Source of the DNA: Malacoraja senta
Lineage: Eukaryota
Reading direction: 5' to 3'
Assembly: GCA_038087875.1 (NCBI GenBank)
Contig: JAXLNO010000666.1
Location: 1-64,000, forward strand
Length of the DNA stretch: 64,000 nucleotides
Below the pieces are notes generated by a model. It saw nothing but the letters and a program-made list of their open reading frames with translations, did no database searches and was not told the origin of the DNA. Position numbers and translations under genes: made by a program. Below, piece after piece: positions 13,001 through 25,800 of this stretch (positions within the stretch are counted from its first letter, which is position 1; each line of letters begins with the position of its first letter).

Positions 13001-16000
13001 CATCCTAAATTCCAGAGTATACAAGCCCAGCCACTCCATTCTCTCAGCATATGACAGTCCCGCCATCCCGGGAATTAACCTTGTGAACCTATGCTGCACA
13101 CCCTCAATGGCAATAATGTTCTTCCTCAAATTAGGGGACCAAACCTGTACACAATACTCCAGGTGTGGTCTCACTAGGGCCCTGTACAACTGCAGAAGGA
13201 CCTCTTTGCTCCTATACTCAACTCCTCTAGTTATGAAGGCCAACATGTAATCCGCTTTCTTCACTGCCTGCTGTACCTGCATGCTTACTTTCATTGACTG
13301 ATGAACAAGGACCCCCCAGATCCCGTTGTACTTCCCCTTTTCCTAACCACACCATTCAGATAATAATCTGCCTTCCTGTTGCCACCAAAGAGGATAACCT
13401 CACATTTATCCACATTAAACTGCATCTGCCATACATCTGTCAACTCACCCAACCCGTCCAAGTCACCCTGTATTCTCGAAGCATCCTCCTCACAGTGACA
13501 CTACCAGCTTTGTGTCATCTGCAAATTTGCTAATGTTACTTTGAATCCCTTCATCTAAATCATTGATGTATATTGTAAATAGCTGCGGTCCCAGCATCGA
13601 GCCTTGCGGTACCCCACTAGTCACTGCTTGCCATTCTGAAAGGGACCTGTTAATCCCTACTCTTTGTTTCCTGTCTGCCAACCAATTTTCTATCCATGTC
13701 AGCACTCTACCCCCAATACCATTCCTAAAATCTGCTTAGTAGACCAGAGAACTGCTCGAATACCCAGAGATATTTGATATCTGTGCGGCATGGTGACACA
13801 GCATTAGAGTTGCTGTCTTACAGGGCCAGAGACCTGGGTTTGCTCTTGACCACGGGTGTACAGAGTTTGTACGTTCTCCCTGCGGACGTGTGGGTTTTCT
13901 GCTGGTGCTCCGGTTTCCTCCCACACTCCAATGATGTACAGGTTTGTAGGTTGTTTGGCTTCGGTAAAATTGTAAATTTTCTCTAGTGTGTGGGATAGTG
14001 CTAGTGTACGGGGTGATCACTGGTCGGCGCAGACTCAGTGAACTGAAGGGCCTGTTATTGCGCTGTATCTCTAAAGTCTAAGGTCCAAAGTCCTCTGCAC
14101 TGCTCTGTCATGATTCTCTGGGACTTGCAATAAATTCCACGTTGCAAATTAAGCACAACCCACTGCAGTTTCACAATCAAAGCAAGGAATTCCACACTCC
14201 CACCACTGACACAATGACAACCGTGGAATTAACCAGTGTCTATCCCGCTGGCCAACACATTCCTAGCATTCCTCTGCAATTAAAAAAAAACTTAAGGACA
14301 GAATTGTTATCCCAAACATTTTCAATGTTGTGTTTGTCTTTTCTGAAGTAATCATACTTAGTTGTGCTTATTGTCGAACATCAAACAGGAACAGGCCCTT
14401 CGGCCCACAATGTCTGTACTGAATATGATGCCAAAACCAACTCTTTTAACCGCCCGCATGTAATCCTTCATTTCTATGCATATCTCTGTGCCCATCCAAG
14501 TCTCTAAACTTTAGTTGACCGAACAATGAAATTCTTACTAGCAGCAGCATAACAGGCTTGTAAATATAGTACACACAGATAATTGAATGATTAAAAGGAA
14601 GATACAGCATGGAAACAAGCCCTTCGTCCCACTAAGTCCCTGCCGATCATTGATCATCCCTTCACACTAGTTCTATCTTATCCCACTTTCTCATCCACCC
14701 CCTCGGCACTAGTTTACTTGAGTGATACATAGTGTGGAAACAGACCCTTCAGCTCACCGAGTCCGCACCAACCAACGATCACCCGTACACTAGTTCTATA
14801 CAACACAATAGATACAATTTACAGAAGCCAATTAACCTAGCACCTTTGGAACGTGGGAGGAAACCGGAGTATTGGAGGAAGACCACACAGTCACAGGGAC
14901 AGTGATGGAAATGGGGGGGGTACGCAGGGGGACGGCGTTCCCCTAGTTTTCAGTTTCCAGTCTCCATGACATCAGGGCTGCCAACTTTCACGCTTTGAGC
15001 GTGAGACTCAGGCATTCCGACAAATTCTCACGCACTCATGCTGATCACAAATTTCTCACGCTCTGTCGTGAGATATTCTGTGATCAACAAGAATTTCAAA
15101 ACTCATATCAACTGCATGGGCCGCGGATGTTGGAGAGCCGGGGCTGAGGGAGGGGATGGGAACAGAAGCAGCGATGGGGGCGGATGCAGACGGGGAGCCG
15201 GGGCTGGCGAGTGTTTGCCGGGCTGGCGAGTGTTTGCCGGGCTGGCGAGTCGCTCGCTGTAGCTCCGGCCATGGAGCAGCCTCAGTGCAAGAGCCCCGGG
15301 CCGTCGGAGGCGTCAGAAGCATTGCGCCGCGCCGTTAGAGTCTCTGTGCCGAATTCGCCCTGGTGACCGGCATGGATCAGGCAGCATCTCTGGAGGGAAG
15401 GAATGGGTAACGTTTCAGGTCGAGACCCTTCTAAAGGTTTCGGGTCGAGACCCTTAGAAGGGTCATGACCAGAAACGTCACCCATTCCTTCTCTCCAGAG
15501 TTGAGTCCCGTTGAGTTGCTCCAGCATTTTGTTTAAACTCTTCGGTTTAAACCAGCATCTGCAGTTCCTTCTCACACAAAGAGACCAACAAGACGACTTT
15601 GAAGCTAGTACCACTCGGGTGGCGGAGGGACGGAGTCTGAGAGAGAGGGGATGTTAAGGAAATCGATATTCATACTCAATCGGGGAAATTAGTTGATATC
15701 TGTCTTTAAATTTATATTTTGTTTACAAACTCGGAGAATGTCCATAGCGGGTCCGTAGGAGTTCATGGATGTCTCGTAGCGGCTCGTACGAGTAAAAAAT
15801 AACTTTTTTTCATCACGAGTATTTTTTTACTCGTGGACATTTTTTACATGGATGAAAAAACATCACAAATTTACTGGATGTCTCGAGTACCTAACGTTAG
15901 CATTACGAGTCGCTACGAGACATCCAGGAACTCCTACGGACCTGCTACGGACATTCTCCGAGTTTGAATCAGGGGAAAACTCAGGAGAACTCTTGAATTA

Positions 16001-19000
16001 CCTCGTACAGTGGGACAGGGGCTTAAGTCTTGGATTCATGTATCGCGGGAACAAATAAGCAAAGGCAAGATGATAAATATAAATTACAAATTAACTTCAG
16101 AAAATGAAACTTGTAGAGATGAACTTTGTCCTTCACTTTACAAAGAATAACCTCAGGGATTATGCAGTAAATGTCATTCAAATATTCTGCAACCTTGGGA
16201 TAATATTGTTCATGTTCAAATCCGATAGGTAAGTCTTGATTTGTTCAATATTATAATTAGTTCAAAGATACAGCGTGGAAACAGGCCCTTCGGTCCCTCG
16301 AGTCCGTGCCGACCATCGATCACCCGTTCACACTGGTTCTATGTTATTCCACTTTCTCATCCACTCCCTACACACTAGGAGGCAATTTACAAAGGGCCAA
16401 TTAACCTATAAACCCGCATGTCTTTGGGATGTGGGAGGAAACCAGAGCACACGGAGGAAACCCACGCGGTCACAGGGAGAACGTGCAAACTCCACACAGA
16501 CAGCACCCGAGACCAGGATCGAACCTGGGTCTCCGGCACTGTGGGGCATTAATTGTAATGCTAATACTTGGGCCTCCGCTGATATGCCGGGATGATTACC
16601 CAATATTACTCATTATTAATCCATTGAATTATTGATTATATATGTTGCACCCATTCTCCTTTATCTGTACATTGTGAGCGGCTTGCTTGCATTTACGGGA
16701 TAGCACGCAACAAAAGCTTTTCCCTGTACCTCGCTACAGGTGGCAATAGTAAACTAAATCAATCTATTTACATGTATCTGTAACCGGCCTGTTAAGGTGC
16801 AGCAACTGAGAATGTCATTGTTCTGATGTCGTTGCACGTGACAACTAAACACTCTTGTCTTCATTCTATACTTGAAATTACCACAATTACATTTAAATGG
16901 CATTTGGACAGGTACACGTGTAGGAAGGAACTGCAGATGCTGGAGTAACTCAGCGGGTCAGGCAGCATCTCTGGAGGGAAGGAATGGGTGACGTTTTGGG
17001 TCGAGACCCTTCTTCAGACTGAAGGTCTGGTTAATTGGCTTGGTATAAGTGTAAATTGTCCCTAATGTGTGTAGGATAGTGTTAATGTGCGGGGATCGTG
17101 GGTCGGTGCGGACTCGGTGGGCCGAATCGCCTGTTTCCGTGCTGTATCTCTAAACTGAACCCTGCTCGGCTAGCAGGGCTGTGTAGGGCCGAGTGCCGGG
17201 AAATGGTGACATCTGGCTCTGATCTCCACAAAGCCAATCACTTATAGAGCAGCACCGCAGATCAATGGGCCTCTGGTGCTTGTAGTTGGTCCACAGACAC
17301 AGAGAGGAAATTGGATGTTACTCTGGCTTTTTGTGTCTATCAGTGACATGGAGAGTGGGCTGGACAACGAGTGACGCAGCTGGTCGCGGCTCCCCTGATC
17401 TACGCTATTCCCACGCACTTATGGGCCTGTCCCACTGAGGCGACTCTTTAGGCGACTATCGGACTAGTTTTACTAGCATTCACCTACGACACCTCACGAC
17501 AACCTACGACAACCTCCGACAGCAAGAATTGTAGCCACTGTCGCCTGTAGTCGCCCAAAAGATCACATAAGTTCGACAGGCCCTTCAGGCTGCGGCTCGG
17601 TGCATCCCTCGGGCTTGGTCTCTCGCAATTTCCCACTCCCAACTCTCACGCAATGTTGGCAGCCCTGCCATGAGATGGAGAATGTGGAGGAAAGTGGCGC
17701 TGTAAGGGCAGTCCACGTCTTTCACCAGCTCATTGGAACTTTTCCCAATTCCACAATAACTGTCTAAGAACTTGGCGCTCATCAGACCTGGCGTCTCTCC
17801 GCCGTAAACGGAGTTCACCTCCTGGACGCTCAACTCGTAGCCCACCCACTCCTTCCTGAAGCGGTTATCAAACAGCTGTAAACCGCTGGCGGGACTGTGG
17901 CGGAACGCAAACTCCCAGTCAAAATAGCGAACGTGGTAGTTTACAACGTGGTATCTTGGTCCACGTGGTTCGAACTGGAGGGGGCCGTAGGTTTGAAACT
18001 TCTGGCGAGGTCTCAGCGAGGCATAGTTGGGATCCGAATCCGTCCTTTGGAGCTCTCTCGCTCTCTCACTCCCTCGCTCTCACCCTCACGCCTCGGCATT
18101 CCTGGAATCATTTGCCGTTTTGCGGGAATGGCTGCATCTGCAATTCCTTCCTGTTGGGGGGGGGAGAAACCCTGGCCCATGGCGGCTCCTAGCCCGCTGA
18201 GTTCCTCCAGCACTCTGTGTTTTTTGTTTGGCTGGGGTAGCTCAGCGGGATGGGCGGCGGCTCTGGGGAGTGGGTGGCGTTTTGGGTCGTGACCCTTCTG
18301 CAGACAATCACAAGTACTCTCACCGACGAGAGTTCAGTTCAGTCTGAAGAAAGGTCTACTCTCCAGAGTCGCTGCCTGTCCTGCTGAGTTACTCCAGTTT
18401 TATGTCTAACTTCAATTTCAAGAGTTAAATAAAAAACACGGAGTGTTGGAGGAACTCAGCGGGCTAGGCAGCAAATGGATTAGGAGTTCTTTCGGGCCAG
18501 GATTCTTCTTCAATAGGAAGGAACTGCAGATCAAAGATACTAGAGCGGATACTAGTATCTTTGCTGCAGATCAGGCATGATATTCTCCCGATTTAAATCG
18601 GAATTCCGATTTTATTGTTTTCCTATTTGTCAATTTTTTGTGCCCGATTATTTTTTTTAATTTATTTTTATTTATTTTTTATTTATTAGAAGTACATTAC
18701 ATTACAACCACATACATTAGTACTCGTCACTTATGTCTTACAATTAATGTACTCCATTTGTTTTTTACACTAGTAAAAGGAAAGGATAAGATTGAAAGAA
18801 AGAAGAAAGTGAAGGAAAAAGTGAGAGTGTAGAAAATGTGACAACAAAAAAGGACGAAGACCCTATAAGAACAAAATTAAAAACAAAAGAAAAAGAGTTA
18901 AGAAATAGACCCTAGAAAAGAAGGAGAAAGAGAAAGAGGAAAAAGAGAGAAACAAATATTTTTTATGAGCATTACGCAAATGGGACATACCAACTCTTCA

Positions 19001-19847
19001 ACTATCATCCCCCATTACCTGACCTCAATTTTTTTTAAGGTACCTTTGCACCCTATATTTGTAATAATTCTATTAATGCAGACCACGTCAGGTGGAAGTG
19101 ATCTGGTTTACCTGCTAGGAGGAGTCTTATCTCTTCTAGGTGTAATGTTTTGAACATATTTGAAATCCACATGTTTATAGTTGGTATTGGAGCCTTCTTC
19201 CAAAATTTTAGGATTAGCTTTTTTCCAGTTATTAACCCATAGTCTATTAGTTTCTTTTGAAACACATTTAGTTCTGGACAATCTTCCGTTATTCCGAAGA
19301 TAATCCATTCTGTTTTGGGTATCAGTTTTATTTTAAATAATTTTGTAAAGATTTCGAAAATTTCATTCCAAAATTTTTGAATTTTTGTACAGAAAACAAA
19401 TGAGTGCGCTATAGTAGCTTCTTGGGATTGACATTTATCACAAATAGATGATACATTTGGGAAAATTTTATGGATTTTAGTTTTGGAATAATATAATCTA
19501 TGTAAAATTTTAAATTGTATTAAAGTGTGTCTTACATTAATCGAACATTTATGCACGTTTAATAAGTGTCCATTCCAACTTTCCTTTGAAATTTTAATAG
19601 CTAACTCTTGTTCCCAGTCTCTTCTGATACCCTCCGTAGATGGTATTTGTACATTTGGCGGCCAATCAACCGCTGTCTCTAAGGGGGTTGCGTCCAATCA
19701 CCGACCAGCTTCCCTTAAAAATCCCGTCCAATCAACAAATCCCGTCCAATCACATTGTGTTCAATCACATAATGCGCTGGTCACTCGGCTGCCAATCAGT
19801 CTCCGAGGGGCCTTGTGATCAATCACCGACCTGCATCCCTTCAGCCA

Positions 19848-19878
<31 letters not shown>

Positions 19879-22800
19879 TGTAAGAAAGCAGCTATGACAT
19901 ATAATACACATTAAACTATATTATAAATACACAATAAACAAGTTGGGCAGGTGGAACTAGTGGAGCTGGGACGTGTTGGTCAGTGTGGGCAAGTTGGGCA
20001 GATGGGCCTGTTTCCACACTATCACTCTATGTCTCTATATGTTGTGGATTTGTTCCATCCACAGAGGTGAATCCATCATCCTTCCATTCCAAATTGCATG
20101 GTGATTGGATTCCAGTGTTATTGATTTGAATCTCCAAGGATACTAATGCCAGCATGGTACCCACACTGCATTGATGGATTAGAAGAGGCTTAACAAAAAA
20201 AAACAAGCTTTCTTCATTTTCGCCTTCCAATGGAGCAGATCTCACTACCTTTCCCTATTGACATTTTGTGACATTCAAAGGTTCTTAGGAATAGGATAAG
20301 TTCATGTCATTGGAGCAGAATTAGGTAATTCGGCCCATCAAGTCTACTCCGCCATTCAATCATAGCTGATCTATATTTCTCTCACAATCCCATTCTCCTG
20401 CTTTCTCACAGGTTAATTAGCTCCATATGTTAGTTTCTACATTTTGTTTAGGCCTAGGGACTTGAAAATATGTGCTTTACCTTAGGAAACCAAGAGCTGC
20501 CCCTGTACCTTTCTTGGCATGGTTGGACTTATAATCCTGCCCACAAATTATAACCTCATGTTCTCTATATATGAAGGGTCTCTGGCGCAGCGGTAGAGTT
20601 GTTGCCTTACAGCGCCAGAGACCAGGGTTTGATCCTGACTACGGGTGCTGGCTGTACGGAGTTTGGACATTCTCCTTGTGACCATGTGGGTATTCTCCGG
20701 GTGCTCCAGTTTCCCCCCACACTCACAAGGACGTACAATTTTTCAGGATCAATGGCTTTGTTCAGACTACCTGAGTATCAGAGGGTCAGAGTACCTGAGG
20801 GAAATTGAGTGCACTGGTCTTGCTTGATTGTGGGTGCATTTATATATCAAGAGCTTGTACATCTCTGAACTCAATATTTATTGCGCATTATTTTCATTTA
20901 AAATTTTATTTTTTATTTTTGTTTCGATTTTCAAATGTATCCTATTTTTTGCAGTCCTTTTTATTAATTGCTAAGTTCCTATGTTTTCACCTTCCTGCTT
21001 AGGATGTTCAATCACTGGGCTCTGGGTGGAGCTTAAAGCCCCTGTCCCACTTACATGTCCTTGGCACGCTAATTACGCGACCTCGTGGTTGCGTTGAGGC
21101 GCGACGGTCCCGTGAAGGTCGCGCGCGATTCCATGCGTGCGCACAGCCGTCTGGAGTGCATGACGTCATTTGAAGATGGACACAAAATGCAGGAGTAACT
21201 CAGCGGGACCGGCAGCATCTCTGGAGAGAAGGAATGGGTGACGTTTCGTGTCGAGACTTTTCTTCAGTCTGAAAGAAGGGTCTTGACCCGAAACGTCACC
21301 CATCCAGAGATGCTGCCGGTCCCGCTGAGTTACTCCAGCATTTTGTGTCTATCTTCAATTTTCTTGGCCCCGCTCTGGGAGTAGAAGTGGGGGCGGATCC
21401 GGACCGCAACGGCCGTGAGTCCCAGGCCGAGTTCGGCGATCGTTTGCCTGCTTCTGCTGCTGTTGGAGGTGAGATGTTGCGTCGCGCCAGGGTCTTGGGC
21501 CTGTCCCACTTTGGCCGTCAGTTACGCGACAGGCCATTGGCGCGCGAAGATTTCGTTCGCTACAAAAATTTCGGAGCCCCGCGCGATGTTGCGCACAACT
21601 ACATACCCCTCCGCGCTTCTCAGTGGGACCGGCCCCACGCAGCCATACTATGGCTGTGCGCCTCAACGCGACGACGAGGTCGCGTAATTTGCGTGCCATG
21701 GACACGTAAGTGGGACAGGCCCTTAAGGTAGACTTAAGTGACTTCTGGCCACTCATACATAGCTTTGTAGAGCTGGTTTGTAGGTTCCACTACAAAGCTG
21801 TCTAATGAATTACCCGTTTAAAAACACATTAGTGGCAAAGAAAGGATAAATGTAATACAAAGGTGAAGTAAAAGTAGGGGTGGCACAGTGGCGCAGCGGT
21901 GGAGTTGACTGTCATATGCTGAGAGAATGGAGCGGCTGGGCTTGTATACTCTGGAGATTAGAAGGATGAGAGGATATCTTATTGAAACATATAAGATTAT
22001 TAAGGGTTTGGACATGCTAGAAGCATGAAACATGTTCCCGATGTTGTGGGAGTCCAGAAACAAGGGCCACAGCTTAAGAATATGGGGTAAGCCATTTAGA
22101 ACGGAGACGATGAAACACTTTTTCTTGCAAAGAATTGTGAGTCTGTGGAGTTCTCTGCCTCAGAGGGCGGTGGAGGCCGGGTTCTCTGGATACTTTCAAG
22201 AGAGAGCTAGATAGGGCTCTTAAAGATAGCGGAGTCAGGGGATATGGGGAGAAGGCAGGAACGGGGTACTGATTGAGGATGATCAGCCATGATCACATTG
22301 AATGGCGGTGCTGGCTCGAAGGGCCAAATGGCCTACTCCTGCACCTATTGTCTATAGTCTATTGTCTAAAATGAGTGTATAATTCATAATTACTATTTGT
22401 GACTTTTTCTTGCAGGAACAGAAATTCTTGGAAAATCCATTCGGATTATGTACTGTACATTGGGAGTGTGCATTTCCTATGCTGTTGGCTACATGCTGCT
22501 GCCTCTAGTTGCGTACTTCATAAGGAGTTGGCGATTGTTGCTTTTGATTCTTTCTCTCTCTGGCCTGATGTACATTCCCTTGTGGTGGTATGTTGGAATT
22601 TGTACTTAATCCACTGTTCACAAATTGCAATTAAGTTGAAGAAGACTATTTTAGGGCGGCATAGTGGCGCAGCGATAGAGTTGCTGTCTTCCAGTGCCGG
22701 GGACCCGGGTTCAATCCTGACAACGAGTGCTCTCTGTACGGAGTTTATACGTTCTCCCTGTGACCTGCGTGGGTTTTTCCTGGTGCTCCGGTTTCCTCCC

Positions 22801-25800
22801 ACACTCCAAAGACGTGCAGATCTGTAGGTTAATTGGCTTCGGCAATTCCATAATTGTAAAATTGTCCCTCGTGTGTAGGTTAGTGCTAGTGTACGGGGTG
22901 ATCGCTGGTCGGATTAGACTCGATGGGCCAAAGGGTCTGTTTTTGCGCTGTATCTCTAAACTAAGCTAAAGTAAATTAAACTAGCGGAATAAAACAAATG
23001 TGTCTGTACAGAGTTTGTACCATCTCCCTATGACTGTGTGGGTTTCCCCTCTGTGCTCTGTTTTCCTCCCACACTCCAAGGACTCCATCTGCCAGTTCCA
23101 TTTAGGACAAGGAGAAATATGATAGTGGTGTTCGAGAGACATTTAGACATTTAGATAGGCACTTGGAAATGCACGGACTGAAGGAATATGGATCATGTGC
23201 AGGCAGAGATGAGTTTATGAGAAAGTACAATGTGACCTCGATTGTGCATCAGTCACTGAAAGATTAGATTAAAGAAATGCTAGATTTAGCTCTTAGGGCT
23301 AAGGGAATCAAGGGATATGGGGAAAAAGCCGGAACAGGGTGCCGATTTTGGATGATAAACCAAATGGCCTACTCCTGTACCTATTTTCTCTGCTTCTCTG
23401 CTTCTAGACACAGGCAATATGGCATTGAGATAGATTTATTCTTTTGAGTGTAAATCATGCCTTATTTGTGTATTTCACGATGTTCCACGTTAGAAATTTA
23501 TGACATTGCTGTCAATGGATTCACCTACAATAACGCTCTTCCTAGAAATTGGCATGTCAATAAATTAGGTTCATGGAAACTGAGGAGCAGAGGTATGCTA
23601 AAACTCAATCCTCTGGTAAAAATAGATCATGGGTTGGTGCTTCAGTGAAGGTTTTAAACAGCTGTGCTCTCTTCCTCTAGTTTAATTTAAAGATACAGAA
23701 CAAAAACAGGCCTTTTGGTCACGAAGTTTGCGTCAACCAGCGATCACCCACATACACTAGCACTATCCTACACACATTAGGGACAATTTACAATTTTTAC
23801 CAAAGCCAAACCTGTACATCTTTAGAGTGTGCGACGAAACCGGTGAAACTGGAGAAAACCCACGCAGGTCACAAGGAGAATGTACAAACTCCATATAGAC
23901 AGCGCCCGCAGTCAGGATCGAACCTGGATCTCTGACGCTGTAAGGCAGCAACTCTGCCGCTGTGCCATCGTGCACAAATTATTACCCAGTGATATTACAG
24001 CTTCATAAATTAATGCAAGTTTAGTCAAATCTAATAACTTCATGTTCAAAGTACCTCAGCTGTATTGAGATATTTTCTGGTTTATCAAATTTAACAAAAC
24101 AACTTCATTTATAAAGTGCCTCGGAAGTATTGAAACATTTATCTCGGAATATAATTATTGCCAAACAAATATATTTGTGTTAAAACTATAAAAATAATAC
24201 ATTTATAATTTCCATTGAGCTCTTCGAACCCGGGTTCGATCCTGACTATACGGAGTTAGTACGTTCTCCTCGTGACCACGTGGGTTTTCTCCGAATGATC
24301 CAGTTTCCTCCCACACTCCAAAGATGGGCAGGTTTGTAGGTAAATTGCCTTCTGTAAATTGTTCCTATTATGTAGGATAGTGTTAGTGCATGGGGATCGC
24401 TGGTCGGCATGGACTCAATGGGCCGAAGGGCCTGTTTCCGCGATGGTTGTCATCTGCTTTTGTGAAACACTGTGGCCTTTGCTATAGGAGTGTGCCATTT
24501 CATAGCCCACCTGCTTGGTTAGAAGTTAGCATGTGAGGGGATCCAGGATTTAGACCCAGTGCTGATGTACAAAAGTAGCTGCGTACATACAAATCAAAAT
24601 AGTTTGTAATCTAGAGGGAACTTTTAATGGCCAGTTCACGCAAGCATCTGCTGTCTTTGTCATTCCAGGTGCTGGAGGTCAGAGGTTTGAGTGTTTCTCA
24701 CAAGGAAACCACAGATAACACCATTTTATCTTAATAGTTCACACTGGGGATAAGATTACATTTTTTATAAGAAGTGAATAATCTGGGTAGTAGCCTAATA
24801 ATCAGAAAAAAACATAGAAAATATGGAAGCATTCTGCAGATTAGGCAAGTCAACAGAGTTCAATTGTCATTTGTACCAAAAACAGAACTACGAAATTCTT
24901 ACTATGAAGATATAAGCTTGAAACAGGCCCTTCGGCCCACCAAGTCCATGCCTACCATCATAAGATCATAAGTGCTCGGAATAGAATTGGGCCATACGGC
25001 CCATGAATTTTACTCGCCATTCAATCATGGCTGATCTATCTTTCCTAACCTAATTCTCCTGCCTTCTCCCCATAATCTCTGACACCCGTACCAATCAAGA
25101 ATATATCTATCTCTACCTTAAATATATCAACTGACTTGGCCTCCACAGCCTTCTGTGGCAAAGAATTCCACAGATTCACTACCCTCTGACTAAAGAAATT
25201 CCTCCTCATCTCTTTCCGAAAACAACGTCCTTTAATCCTGCGGCTATGACCTCTAGTCCTAGACTCTCCCACGAGTGGAAACATCCTCTCCACATCCACT
25301 ATATCCAAGCCTTTCACTATTCTGTACGTTTCAATGAGGTCCCCCCTCATTCATCGATCATCCGTTCACAGTAGTTCTAGGTTATCTCACTTTTTCATTC
25401 ACACCCTACACATTAGGGGCAATTTACGGAGGGCCAATTAATCTACAAACCTGCAAGTGCAATGAGATGTGGGAGGAAACTGGAGCACCTGGAGGAAACC
25501 TATAGTGAATCTGTGGAATTCATTGCCCATAAAAAGCTGTGGAGACCGTAAATGTATATATTTTTAGGCAGAGATTGATAGATTCTTGATTAATTCGGGT
25601 GTCAAGGGTTATGGGGAGAAGGCAGGAGAATGGGGTTGAGAGGGAAAGATAGATCAGACATGATTGAATGGCGGAGTAGACTAGATGGGCTGAATGGCCC
25701 CATTCTGCTCCTAGACACACGAATTTATGCTGATTGAGAATGGTAAATCTTTGCCAAATGGTACAATGGCCTTGGTTTATCGCATAATCCTGTCAGAATA

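Noticed and set aside
14900..21016. Pairing CAGTGATGGAA (14900) with TTCAATCACTG (~21006-21016) as the ends of one element
   Set aside because: Flanks show no target-site duplication and the match is short
22654..22725. tRNA gene (A and B boxes)
   Set aside because: It is the tRNA-derived head of a SINE and continues into SINE core and tail
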